Origin: an uncultured Candidatus Poseidoniales archaeon
GTDB lineage: Archaea > Thermoplasmatota > Poseidoniia > Poseidoniales > Poseidoniaceae
Length of the DNA: 64,000 bases
NCBI GenBank assembly: GCA_964526385.1
Contig: CAZGJD010000002.1
Coordinates: forward strand, 40,799-104,798
Reading direction: 5' to 3'
The notes beneath the pieces are model-generated. The model saw only the letters and a list, made by a program, of their open reading frames with translations. It was not told where the DNA came from and ran no database searches. The position numbers were made by a program, and so were the translations under genes. This document shows positions 10,133 to 19,106 of the stretch, one piece after another. Every line of letters begins with the position of its first letter. Positions within the stretch are counted from its first letter, which is position 1.

Positions 10133-12157
10133 TTATTCAGATTTGGCAGCCTGAATCTTTGCGTCATTCGCTTTAATCTGTTCCCACACAATCTCAGCTA
10201 TATCTTTGACTTCCATTTCAGAATTTATGCTAGACAAACCATCTGTAACCATTGTAGAACAGAACGGACATCCCACAGCAACTGTATCGGCTCCAGTTTC
10301 AGCCAATTCTTTTGCTCGAATTACATTGACGCGGTCATATCCTTCGTCGACATGCTCTTCCATCCACATCTGAGCGCCACCTGCTCCACAGCAGAATGAA
10401 TCTCTCGCATTTCTCTCTGTTTCTGTGTCCACTCCACCTATTGCTGAACGAGGTGCTTCGAATTCTCCGCCTATTCGACCTAGATAACAAGGGTCGTGAT
10501 AGGTGATATTGCCATCGTGCTTTGGCTCTGGTAGTTTGCCCTCGTTTTGAAGATGGTTAATCAGTTGCGAGTGATGCATGACTTCGATGTCTTGACCCCC
10601 GTAATCTTTGTACTCTTTGCCAAGGGTATGGAAACAGTGAGGGCATGAAGCAACTATTTTCTTAACTCCTAGTTCATCGAATGTCGATAGGTTAGTTTCA
10701 GCGAGCATCTGGAAGAGATATTCATTTCCGGCCCTCCTTGCAGCGTCTCCACTACAACCTTCCTGCATCCCTAAAATACCTACATCCAACCCTGCTTCTT
10801 TCATGATCGAAATCGTGTCTCTTGCGACCTTTTTATTCCTCTCATCGAAGGAAGCCGCACATCCTGCAAAGTAGATGTATTCGGCCGGTTCTGCAACCTT
10901 TACGTCCAAATCTGCAGCCCAATCTCCTCTCTCGTGCATTGGTATTCCGTAGGGGTTGGAGTCGCTCTCAAGATTCTCAATAGTCATCATAAGAGGCATT
11001 ACCGTCTCTTCTACGGATTCGTCAAATTCCATTCGTTCCATCATCAAATGTCTTCTTGCGTCCGTCAGTTTTGGAACGTGCTCGATGTTAACCGGGCAGA
11101 CATCGACACAGGCGTGGCAGGTTGTACAAGCCCAGATTGCCGCTTCACTAAATCTTGAAATCATGTCTTCTTCAGGTGCTTCACCCTTGAACAACAATTC
11201 AGCATGTTCGTTAGCGTATCCTCTGACATCGTGAACTATTTGCATTGGATTTAGCGCTTTTCCAGAAGCGTATGCTGGGCATACATCTTGGCATCTAGCA
11301 CATGATGTACAAGCCCAACCATCGATAAGGCTCCTCCAAGTCAACTGAGTATAGGATGCTGCTCCGAAAGATTCCAGATCAAGGTCGTCTAGAGGAACCG
11401 CAGTTCCGTTTTCGTCGGTTTGGAGAGGACGCATTTTAGCCATAGGCTGAGTATCAAAAAAGAACACGTTTGGTAAGGCCATTACCAAATGCATGTGTTT
11501 GGAAAGTGGTATCAAGAATAAGAATGTGCATATAGCTAGCATGTGAGCCCAGTATGCCCAGTTTACGAGACTCTGAGTTACAGTAAAGTTTTCAGAAACC
11601 CAGTAACCAATCATTTCGAATGTAGGGTCAGGACCTTCGCCAGCCTCTATAACGAATGAGGTAGTACAAATCGTCATAATTAACAAGAGAATTACATTAC
11701 CTTCAAGTTGACTTTTTCCTTTCAATTTTTCAGGCGTAAACAATACTCTGCGGTTCAGGGCAAGGAAACATCCCACAAGTGCGCTGGTATAACCTAATTC
11801 GACCATTCCATTCCAAATTCCATTGAGGGAGGATGGTAAAATGTGTTCACTGAACCTATTTCCACTAGCTAAGTCCAACATATCGCTAGAAAGCATTAGG
11901 AATCCCCAGAACATCAGTACGTGCATTCCGCCTGCGATTGGATCTTCCAAAACCTTCTTTTGACCCAGCCATACGCTTGCAGTTTCCTTCATTCTTGCAC
12001 CCCAGGAGTCAAACCTGTTGTCCTTAGAACCTAACATAACAAGTCGAGTTGCTTTCTGTACTTGATAACTGAAGAAACCAAGTGAAACTACACCAAGAAT
12101 TAGCAATATGTACCAACCTGAGATACCCGCATAGGTTACATCTAGAGGGTGCTGCAT
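10133..12157 (-). CDS. Membrane-bound HdrD/DsrK/GlpC-like Fe-S oxidoreductase fused to a NarI/DsrM-like cytochrome-b-type membrane domain
   Basis: The N-terminal multi-TM region has conserved His pairs (HVLMFWGF, WAHMLAI...SKHMHLV). Two 4Fe-4S motifs are present (CTSCARCQDVCP, CTTCHACVDVCP). Two CCG-type Cys-rich regions follow (CPHCFHT..., CCGAGG). Confidence 0.7.
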   Translation of the reverse strand: MQHPLDVTYAGISGWYILLILGVVSLGFFSYQVQKATRLVMLGSKDNRFDSWGARMKETASVWLGQKKVLEDPIAGGMHVLMFWGFLMLSSDMLDLASGNRFSEHILPSSLNGIWNGMVELGYTSALVGCFLALNRRVLFTPEKLKGKSQLEGNVILLLIMTICTTSFVIEAGEGPDPTFEMIGYWVSENFTVTQSLVNWAYWAHMLAICTFLFLIPLSKHMHLVMALPNVFFFDTQPMAKMRPLQTDENGTAVPLDDLDLESFGAASYTQLTWRSLIDGWACTSCARCQDVCPAYASGKALNPMQIVHDVRGYANEHAELLFKGEAPEEDMISRFSEAAIWACTTCHACVDVCPVNIEHVPKLTDARRHLMMERMEFDESVEETVMPLMMTIENLESDSNPYGIPMHERGDWAADLDVKVAEPAEYIYFAGCAASFDERNKKVARDTISIMKEAGLDVGILGMQEGCSGDAARRAGNEYLFQMLAETNLSTFDELGVKKIVASCPHCFHTLGKEYKDYGGQDIEVMHHSQLINHLQNEGKLPEPKHDGNITYHDPCYLGRIGGEFEAPRSAIGGVDTETERNARDSFCCGAGGAQMWMEEHVDEGYDRVNVIRAKELAETGADTVAVGCPFCSTMVTDGLSSINSEMEVKDIAEIVWEQIKANDAKIQAAKSE

Positions 12158-12223
12158 TACCTGCTCGAAGTCAATTCACTCCTTCAACCCAACGGCAAAG
12201 TACTTCCTACTATACCGATATCT

Positions 12224-13321
12224 ATGGTGCAGGCAAGTGCCCCCGGCAAATGCATTCTTTTCGGGGAGCATGCTGTCGTTTATGGCCAACCTGCGGTAGC
12301 AGTAGCAATCGACCAGAGGATGACGGTTTCATTGGAAGGAAGCGATGATTGGCGTATAGATGGAATGAAATTCATTTCAAAGCGACATCCCCATGTAAAT
12401 GCGTTAAAGGAAAGATTGTGGAAGGATGGCCCGCCTATGTCGGTAAAAATTCACGGAAGCATTCCTCCTGCAAGTGGCTTAGGTTCATCTGCGGCGTTAT
12501 CAGTAGCCGCCGCTGCTGCATTAAGAGGAGCAAGAGGCCGGCAAATGAAAGATGATGATTGGGCTGAAGGATTTACCGCGGCGAGACCAAACCGAGTCTA
12601 TGAAGGGCCTTGGGAGTCGGTAAAAGGAGATTCAGTTGTTTATGGCAAAGACGCTGTAGACGTTGACGAGTGTGCAATCTTAGCACACGCTGTCGAAGCC
12701 CATGCACAGGGAGGTAGAGCATCACCTCTAGATTCCAGCACTTGTTCACATGGTGGGTGTATCGTATTATCTGAACGGATTGAATCGAATCTGAACTGGC
12801 TATACACACGAGAATTAAACAATGTAACTTGGCAAGTTCATTCTGTAAATCTTTCTTCTCACACCGAAGGCGTATACCTCGTTATCGGCAATACTGAGGT
12901 CCACGCACCAACTTCTGAACAAGTAGCAAAGGTTGCCAAGCTTTTAGCAGAGAATCCTGAAAAAATGAAAGAAATTGAAACGATTGGTATCGTTGCACGC
13001 AGGGGCATAGAATCATTGCTAAAAGGTGACATGGAAAGAGTTGGAATAGCGATGACTGAAAACCATTTACTGTTGAGAAATTTAGGAGTTTCCTCACCAG
13101 AATTGGAGAAATTAATTTCTGCGGCAGCCCCGTCTTCACTGGGAGTGAAACTTACTGGGGCAGGAGGAGGAGGTTGCATGGTCGCCCTTACAAGAAATCC
13201 AAAAGAAACCAGTGAAGCCATAGAGTTAGCAGGTGGAAAAACGTTAATCAGTAAATTAGCAAGTAAAGGATTAGAGTACGAATCTGAAGGAACTTCTGGA
13301 ATTTGGAGTCCTCTAGAATAA
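12224..13321 (+). CDS. mvk: Mevalonate kinase
   Basis: GHMP kinase motifs APGKCILFGEHAVVYG, GLGSSAA and KLTGAGGGGCMVAL. The ATG at 12224 avoids overlap with the divergent gene; the longest ORF starts at 12149. Confidence 0.85.
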   Translation: MVQASAPGKCILFGEHAVVYGQPAVAVAIDQRMTVSLEGSDDWRIDGMKFISKRHPHVNALKERLWKDGPPMSVKIHGSIPPASGLGSSAALSVAAAAALRGARGRQMKDDDWAEGFTAARPNRVYEGPWESVKGDSVVYGKDAVDVDECAILAHAVEAHAQGGRASPLDSSTCSHGGCIVLSERIESNLNWLYTRELNNVTWQVHSVNLSSHTEGVYLVIGNTEVHAPTSEQVAKVAKLLAENPEKMKEIETIGIVARRGIESLLKGDMERVGIAMTENHLLLRNLGVSSPELEKLISAAAPSSLGVKLTGAGGGGCMVALTRNPKETSEAIELAGGKTLISKLASKGLEYESEGTSGIWSPLE

Positions 13322-13330
13322 TTACCTTCC

Positions 13331-13350
13331 TTTAAATAGGGGTTTATAAT
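13331..13350 (+). promoter_or_regulatory. Candidate archaeal TATA box(es) for tbp
   Basis: TTTAAATA (13331-13338) and TTTATAAT (13343-13350) lie 10-29 nt upstream of the ATG at 13360. This spacing fits a leaderless or very short-leader transcript. Confidence 0.4.
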
Positions 13351-13359
13351 CGGCCGTTT

Positions 13360-14127
13360 ATGAACGATGAGGACCGTTTGACTGTTGTTAACGTAGTAGC
13401 AAGCACAAGAGTAGCTGAAGAACTTGATTTGCCAGATATCGCAATCCAATTAAATTGTGAATACGAGCCAGAACAATTCCCTGGTGTCGTTTACAGAGTT
13501 TCAGACCCGAAACTCGCAATCCTAATGTTCAGGTCAGGAAGAGCTGTTTGTACAGGTGGAAAGGATGAAGATAACATTCACACTGGTATCGAGAGAATGA
13601 TTGCAGACCTAAGAGATGCTGGAATCACAACTTGGGACTTGAAAGATGTTGAAATCGAAGTTCAAAACATGGTAGCTACTTATGCGCTACACTATCCAGA
13701 GGATTTCGACGGCATCTCAGACAGAGATTATACCGATCTTTACGTATACGAAACCAAAGATGGTTCCCTAAGAATTTGTACGGAAGAAGAAGAAAAAGAA
13801 GGAAAAGCATACATCGATGCTAACAGAAAGACCTGGAAAGATGAATTCAAAGGCCCTGGTCCTAGATTAATGAGAGAGGGAGACCCACTTGCAGCAATGC
13901 CAAGAAAACTAAACCTAAACAACCTGACATTCCACCTTCCATTCGACAAGGTTGAATACGAGCCAGAGCAATTCCCAGGATTGATTTACAGGTTAGACTA
14001 TCCTAAGGTTGTCTGTCTGATTTTCGGTTCAGGAAAGATGGTAATCACCGGCGCACGACACAAGGACGAGATTCTTGAAGCTGTGCAAATCATACAAGAC
14101 GAGCTGGCTGACCTGCTCTACATGTGA
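13360..14127 (+). CDS. tbp: TATA-box binding protein with a large insertion in repeat 2
   Basis: Two TBP repeats, each containing EYEPEQFPG(V/L)(V/I)YR and the FxSG(K/R)xVxTG(G/A) motif. The protein is 255 aa, against about 180 aa for typical archaeal TBPs. Confidence 0.9.
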   Translation: MNDEDRLTVVNVVASTRVAEELDLPDIAIQLNCEYEPEQFPGVVYRVSDPKLAILMFRSGRAVCTGGKDEDNIHTGIERMIADLRDAGITTWDLKDVEIEVQNMVATYALHYPEDFDGISDRDYTDLYVYETKDGSLRICTEEEEKEGKAYIDANRKTWKDEFKGPGPRLMREGDPLAAMPRKLNLNNLTFHLPFDKVEYEPEQFPGLIYRLDYPKVVCLIFGSGKMVITGARHKDEILEAVQIIQDELADLLYM

Positions 14128-14303
14128 TTTTGATGATTACGTTAGGCCCAAGCTACGTCGATACTAACAGCATTGACTTTGGGATATTATCCCCTACCGG
14201 CGTAGCGTATGACACCCTTTGTGGCAAATCAAAGGGAATTAGAACTATACCTGAAAATTGCATGTTGATTTGCCTTCGGCGTTAATTTCGAGGAGTGAGA
14301 GGT

Positions 14304-15338
14304 ATGATTGGTTGGATAACCACATATGGAATAAAGTGTGGAATCGCAACATACTCAAAATTTCTTATCGAAAAAATGGATGAAGATGTCCTGATAATGT
14401 GTCAATCTGGTGAAGGAGAAGTTGAAGGGGCAGTTCCATGCTGGCAAAGAGATTCAAATTTCTTTGGAGGAATAATCGCTCAAGTCGCAGCAAAAGATAT
14501 CAAAACGATTGTTATTCAACATCAACCAGGTCTGCTGAGATTTTCATACCTCAACGAGTTATTGCTGAAATTACACGACATGGAAGTTAAGATATTCATT
14601 ACATTGCACAATACAAGAGATAGATCACTGGTATTTCCAAGTAAAAGAATCGAGAAAGCAGTATCAGGACTGCAGACATGCTCAAAGGTTATGGTTCACT
14701 CAAATGCAGATGTTGAAAATCTGAAGAAACTCGGAATTGTTGAAAATGTTGTTATGATCCCACATGGAATTTACCCTCCTCCGAAAGATGGTGTTGAATC
14801 CCTTGAGGTGAAAGGAAGGGTAATGGCAACATTTGGGTTTCTATTACCTCACAAAGGGCAAATTGAGTTGGTCGAAGCATTTGCGAGATTACCCGGCTGG
14901 GACCAGTTATTACTACTGTGTGCAACGAGAGAGGGCACTGGAAAAACAGAGAATAAAATCAATTCAATAATCAAGCAAAATCAACTTGAATCTAAAGTAA
15001 GATTAGTTACAGATTTCTTGGATGACGATGTAGCAATTTCAACCCTCTCCAAATGTGAATTGCTCGTTTTTCCATATCAAAAAACCAACGAATCCGCTTC
15101 AGGAGCTGTCCGAATGGGAGTAGCAGCAGGTACTCCAATTGCAGTTTCTCCGATTCCTATCTTTGACGACATAATTGGTTCGATAAAAATGAGAGGAACT
15201 TCCGTTGAGGACATTGTTGCGAGTATTTCTGCAATAACTGATGAACAAATGGTAAACTCTAGAAAGGGTATTGTGGAGTTGAGAGATTCCCTCCAGTGGG
15301 AAACTATCGCTTCAAAGATTCAGTCTTTGCTCAAGTAA
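14304..15338 (+). CDS. Glycosyltransferase, GT4/group 1 family
   Basis: The N-terminus (WITTYGIKCGIATYS) and the C-terminal half (GFLLPHKGQIELVEAF ... E-x7-E-like region FPYQKTNESASGAV) are typical of GT-B group 1 enzymes. The longest ORF starts with GTG at 14295. Confidence 0.6.
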   Translation: MIGWITTYGIKCGIATYSKFLIEKMDEDVLIMCQSGEGEVEGAVPCWQRDSNFFGGIIAQVAAKDIKTIVIQHQPGLLRFSYLNELLLKLHDMEVKIFITLHNTRDRSLVFPSKRIEKAVSGLQTCSKVMVHSNADVENLKKLGIVENVVMIPHGIYPPPKDGVESLEVKGRVMATFGFLLPHKGQIELVEAFARLPGWDQLLLLCATREGTGKTENKINSIIKQNQLESKVRLVTDFLDDDVAISTLSKCELLVFPYQKTNESASGAVRMGVAAGTPIAVSPIPIFDDIIGSIKMRGTSVEDIVASISAITDEQMVNSRKGIVELRDSLQWETIASKIQSLLK

Positions 15339-17212
15339 TCGATTATTAAATCGGCCGCTTCTTCTGCTGTCATCGTCGTCGTGTCGATTCTGATTTCTGG
15401 ATTCATCGGATTTTCATACGGGCTCGAAATTCCGGTGAAATTTGGTAATTCACCCGCCCTTGCCTTTGCATATAATCCCTTGACATCTCTCTTTTCGCAC
15501 TCTTCCAAAGGTGTGTCGATGAATACCTCGATGAATTCATCTGTTTCAAGCAAATTCCTAACCATCTTTCGTTCTGCTTCAAAGGGTGAAATGAATGAGG
15601 TAATGCAAATCAGACCTGCTTCGACCATTAATTTCGAGGTTTCTCCAACCCTCCTAATATTTTCAACTCTGTCGGTTTCGGTAAATCCTAGGTCCTTGTT
15701 CAAACCGTGTCTCACGTTATCACCATCGAGTATGATAGTGTGTCGACCTAGATTATTCAGTTTCTTTTCTAATATGTTTGCAATTGAAGATTTTCCAGAA
15801 CCTGACAATCCTGTAAACCAAATTACTCTGGCCTTCTGACTTTTTTGTTTCGAACGATTTTCTTTGGTAATATCCATGGTTTGCCAGTGGATATTATCAG
15901 AACGTCTGAGTGGGTAATCGATTAATCCCATACCCACGGTATTGTTTGAGATTCTGTCGATAATAATGAAACCGCCCATAGCCGGATCGTCATCGTATGC
16001 ATCAAAGGCTATCCGTTTTGATAATGAAATATTACAAATCCCTATCTCATTCATGTCCAGTTTTTGTGCTGGGATTTCTTCCAGCGTATTTACATCTATT
16101 CTGTGTTTTAATTTTCCTAGTGTCATCGAAGTGCTTTGAGTGTTTGACTTGAATAGATATTCTCTTCCCGGAGCCATAGAATCTGAATCCATCCATAACA
16201 ACCTTGCTCTAAACTGGTCTGCTGTTTGACAGGGGCTTTCTGCGGCGGTTATTATGTCGCCTCTAGAAATATCGATCTCGTCCTCAAGTGTCAATGTGAC
16301 GCCCCGTCCTGCTCCTGCAATCCTTAAGTGTCCATCAGAAGTGATAATTTCCTTGACATTTGATTCAGTCCCGCTGGGGAGAACTCTAATTCTGTCACCT
16401 GGTTTAACCATTCCACTTGCAATCATTCCTGCGAACCCTCTGAATTCTCTGTTAGGTCTATTTACCCACTGGACTGGTAGTCTAAACGGCCTTTCTTGAG
16501 CAGGTGCAGCAACTTCAATCGTTTCTAAATACTCCATAATGGAAGGACCTGAGTACCATGGAGTATTCTTACTACTCCCCACAATGTTATCACCCTTTAG
16601 AGCAGAAATCGGTATGCTGGTTATTTCTTCAAGCTCTAATGCTACAGAAGCAAAATCTAGGTAATCTTGGGTAATCTGCTTGTAGGTCGCCTCAGAGTAG
16701 TCCACAAGGTCGAGTTTGTTTATCGCTAGAATTATTTTTTTGACTCCGACCATTGAAACAATGAATGAATGTCTTCTAGTCTGAGTTAATACACCTTGAC
16801 TAGCATCGACTAGTATTATTGCAACATCTGCTGTAGATGCCCCAGTAGCCATATTTCTCGTGTATTCTTCGTGGCCGGGAGTGTCTGCGACTATGTACTT
16901 TCTTTTGTCTGTTGAGAAAAACCTGTAAGCGACATCGATCGTAATTCCCTGCTCTCTTTCAGCGGCCAGACCATCGACAAGTAATGCGAAATCAATTTCT
17001 CCTTCTTGGGTACCTACTTTTTTTGAATCGGCCTCTAAAGCGGCTAAATGGTCGTCAAACAGCATGTGTGACTCATATAGCATTCTACCGATTAGCGTAG
17101 ACTTACCATCGTCTACAGAACCACAAGTGATGAAACGGAGTAATTCTTTTTGCTCATGGCTAGCAAGATATGAATCTATGTCGGTAGCAATTAAATCGCT
17201 AACGTGAGACAT
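15320..17212 (-). CDS. cysNC: Bifunctional sulfate adenylyltransferase subunit 1 / adenylylsulfate kinase (CysN-CysC fusion)
   Basis: GTPase motifs GSVDDGKSTLIGR, DTPGHEEY and NKLD. The C-terminal APS kinase has the P-loop GLSGSGKSS. Confidence 0.9.
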   Translation of the reverse strand: MSHVSDLIATDIDSYLASHEQKELLRFITCGSVDDGKSTLIGRMLYESHMLFDDHLAALEADSKKVGTQEGEIDFALLVDGLAAEREQGITIDVAYRFFSTDKRKYIVADTPGHEEYTRNMATGASTADVAIILVDASQGVLTQTRRHSFIVSMVGVKKIILAINKLDLVDYSEATYKQITQDYLDFASVALELEEITSIPISALKGDNIVGSSKNTPWYSGPSIMEYLETIEVAAPAQERPFRLPVQWVNRPNREFRGFAGMIASGMVKPGDRIRVLPSGTESNVKEIITSDGHLRIAGAGRGVTLTLEDEIDISRGDIITAAESPCQTADQFRARLLWMDSDSMAPGREYLFKSNTQSTSMTLGKLKHRIDVNTLEEIPAQKLDMNEIGICNISLSKRIAFDAYDDDPAMGGFIIIDRISNNTVGMGLIDYPLRRSDNIHWQTMDITKENRSKQKSQKARVIWFTGLSGSGKSSIANILEKKLNNLGRHTIILDGDNVRHGLNKDLGFTETDRVENIRRVGETSKLMVEAGLICITSFISPFEAERKMVRNLLETDEFIEVFIDTPLEECEKRDVKGLYAKARAGELPNFTGISSPYENPMNPEIRIDTTTMTAEEAADLIIDYLSKD

Positions 17213-18117
17213 TAGAAATACCCCTCTTGCTTTTTCTTTTCCATCGATGCTGAACTATCAAAATCGATGACTCGACCTTGCCTTTCAGAAGTTGTGGTGA
17301 GTAACATCTCTTGAATGATTTGAGGTAAGGTATCAGCATCTGATTCCACCGCTCCAGTTAGCGGATAGCATCCAAGAGTTCTGAACCGCACATTCTTCAT
17401 TTGAGGTACCTCCCCGTCCTTAAGTGGAATTCTATCATCATCAACCATTATTAGAACACCATCCCTCTCAACTACGGGTCTAGGCTTAGAGAAATATAGC
17501 GGAACAATTGGGATTTTTTCCAAATGTATATACTGCCATATGTCTAATTCAGTCCAGTTTGAAAGCGGAAATACTCTTATCGATTCTCCATTCTTCTTCC
17601 TTGAATTGTAAACATTCCATAACTCTGGCCTCTGACTTTTAGGATCCCAATGGTGGTTTTCATTTCTAAAGGAGAAGATTCTTTCTTTGGCTCTAGATTT
17701 TTCTTCATCCCTTCTCGCACCTCCGAAGGCAACATCGAATCCGTGTTTGTCCAATGCTTGCTTGAGACCCTGTGTTTTCATCACGTCGGTGTGCGTTGAA
17801 GATCCGTGTATGAATGGATTCATTCCCATTTCTTTACCTTCGGGATTGATGTGGACAATCAAGTCAAGACCAAGTTCTGTTGCAATGTTATCTCTAAATT
17901 CTACCATTTCAGAGAACTTCCACATCGTGTCAATATGCATTATAGGAAATGGTGGTTTTGCGGGGTAGAATGCTTTCATTGCGATGTGAAGCATTACTGA
18001 AGAATCCTTACCTATCGAATACAACATCACCGGATTTTCTGCTTCTGCGACAACCTCTCTCATGATGTGGATAGCCTCTGCTTCCAATCGTTGTAGATGA
18101 GTCATCTTGTCGCGCAT
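17212..18117 (-). CDS. cysD: Sulfate adenylyltransferase subunit 2
   Basis: PP-loop motif [11 protein letters not shown] and strong overall CysD-like sequence. The stop overlaps the cysNC start. Confidence 0.9.
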   Translation of the reverse strand: MRDKMTHLQRLEAEAIHIMREVVAEAENPVMLYSIGKDSSVMLHIAMKAFYPAKPPFPIMHIDTMWKFSEMVEFRDNIATELGLDLIVHINPEGKEMGMNPFIHGSSTHTDVMKTQGLKQALDKHGFDVAFGGARRDEEKSRAKERIFSFRNENHHWDPKSQRPELWNVYNSRKKNGESIRVFPLSNWTELDIWQYIHLEKIPIVPLYFSKPRPVVERDGVLIMVDDDRIPLKDGEVPQMKNVRFRTLGCYPLTGAVESDADTLPQIIQEMLLTTTSERQGRVIDFDSSASMEKKKQEGYF

Positions 18118-18135
18118 CTAATCACTTCAGTGGTG

Positions 18136-18999
18136 TTACTGCAAATTGACCTCATTCATCAATTCTGTTATCATTTCTTTTGGTAACAAATCAATGCCTC
18201 CAGCGGTTTCTCTTCCCCCACCACCAAATTTAGCGCAGATTTTTCCAATTCCAGATTGCCCTCTAAGAGAAATTTTCAAGTGGGTTCCAAGATCGATTGC
18301 AATTACGCTTATGCCATCACTCTCGCTGTTTATCCTATGTGCAAAAACACCAACTACTCTTCTTGCCCAAGCCTCATTTGGAAGAATGTAAATCCCATTA
18401 ATCATTTCGACTGACTCAGCATTTGAAATATCCCTCTCAAACCCTTTTTTCAAGATAGCAAAGGCCTCTGATTGCATAAATTGCGAAGGTGTTTCAGCTT
18501 TCAAGCATTCTTTCAACAAATCATCGGGATGGTAATGTAAATCCGAAAGGTCCTCTCCATATCCGTTGTAGTTTAGTAACTCTCCTAATTCTTTGAATTC
18601 CTGCTTTGATGAGTGAATTGACAGACCGTCTCCATGAAGGGCTACTTCTGCCCAATCAGATTCCCTTCCGAGGTATTTCTCAACTAATTTAGCAGTGCAT
18701 ACATCGGCTGATGTATCGATGTAAGAACGAATATTTGCAAGATTATCACCTGCTAGATGGTGGTCAAACCAAATGATATCAATCCCTTTAGATGAAAGGA
18801 TTTTTGCCCGGCCTTGGTTTCTTGCGTGAGAGATATCCATCACAATTAATTCATCTTCAGATTCAGGTTTTACCCTGTCTAATAACATGATATCTCTCTT
18901 AACACCAGTGATGCGTTTACCTTCTATTCCGTGCACTAATCCCCACTGAACCATGGAACAAATACCATCGGCATCGCCGTTGTAGGCAAACCAGCGCAT
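18136..18999 (-). CDS. DHH/DHHA1 phosphoesterase, candidate pAp (3'-phosphoadenosine 5'-phosphate) phosphatase / nanoRNase
   Basis: DHH motifs NGDADGICS and WFDHHLAG, plus the DHHA1-like motif GGGGRETAGG. It is the first gene of the cysD-cysNC transcription unit. Confidence 0.6.
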   Translation of the reverse strand: MRWFAYNGDADGICSMVQWGLVHGIEGKRITGVKRDIMLLDRVKPESEDELIVMDISHARNQGRAKILSSKGIDIIWFDHHLAGDNLANIRSYIDTSADVCTAKLVEKYLGRESDWAEVALHGDGLSIHSSKQEFKELGELLNYNGYGEDLSDLHYHPDDLLKECLKAETPSQFMQSEAFAILKKGFERDISNAESVEMINGIYILPNEAWARRVVGVFAHRINSESDGISVIAIDLGTHLKISLRGQSGIGKICAKFGGGGRETAGGIDLLPKEMITELMNEVNLQ

Positions 19000-19106
19000 G
19001 AATAGCCGAGGTTGACTTCAGAAATGAGACTATTGTCTGAATTTAAAAAATTACATATGATTATATCGCCCTCAATTATATCTATTCCCCTCACTCATGT
19101 AGCACC

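Noticed and set aside
11114-11128. C-T-T-C-H in the Fe-S oxidoreductase, which looks like a CxxCH heme c attachment site next to a Ccm-containing window.
   Set aside because: It is part of a standard CxxCxxCxxxCP 4Fe-4S ferredoxin motif (CTTCHACVDVCP) in a cytoplasmic domain, so it is not a heme-binding site.
12082-12348. 88-aa ORF spanning the divergent start region of the Fe-S oxidoreductase and mvk.
   Set aside because: It overlaps both well-supported genes out of frame, and its Arg/Cys-rich sequence has no motifs.
14130-14265. A TGATGA (C-box-like) sequence just after the tbp stop, considered as a C/D box sRNA.
   Set aside because: The nearest CTGA (D-box) is about 130 nt away, far beyond the usual 50-70 nt archaeal C/D sRNA size. 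No C'/D' boxes are evident.
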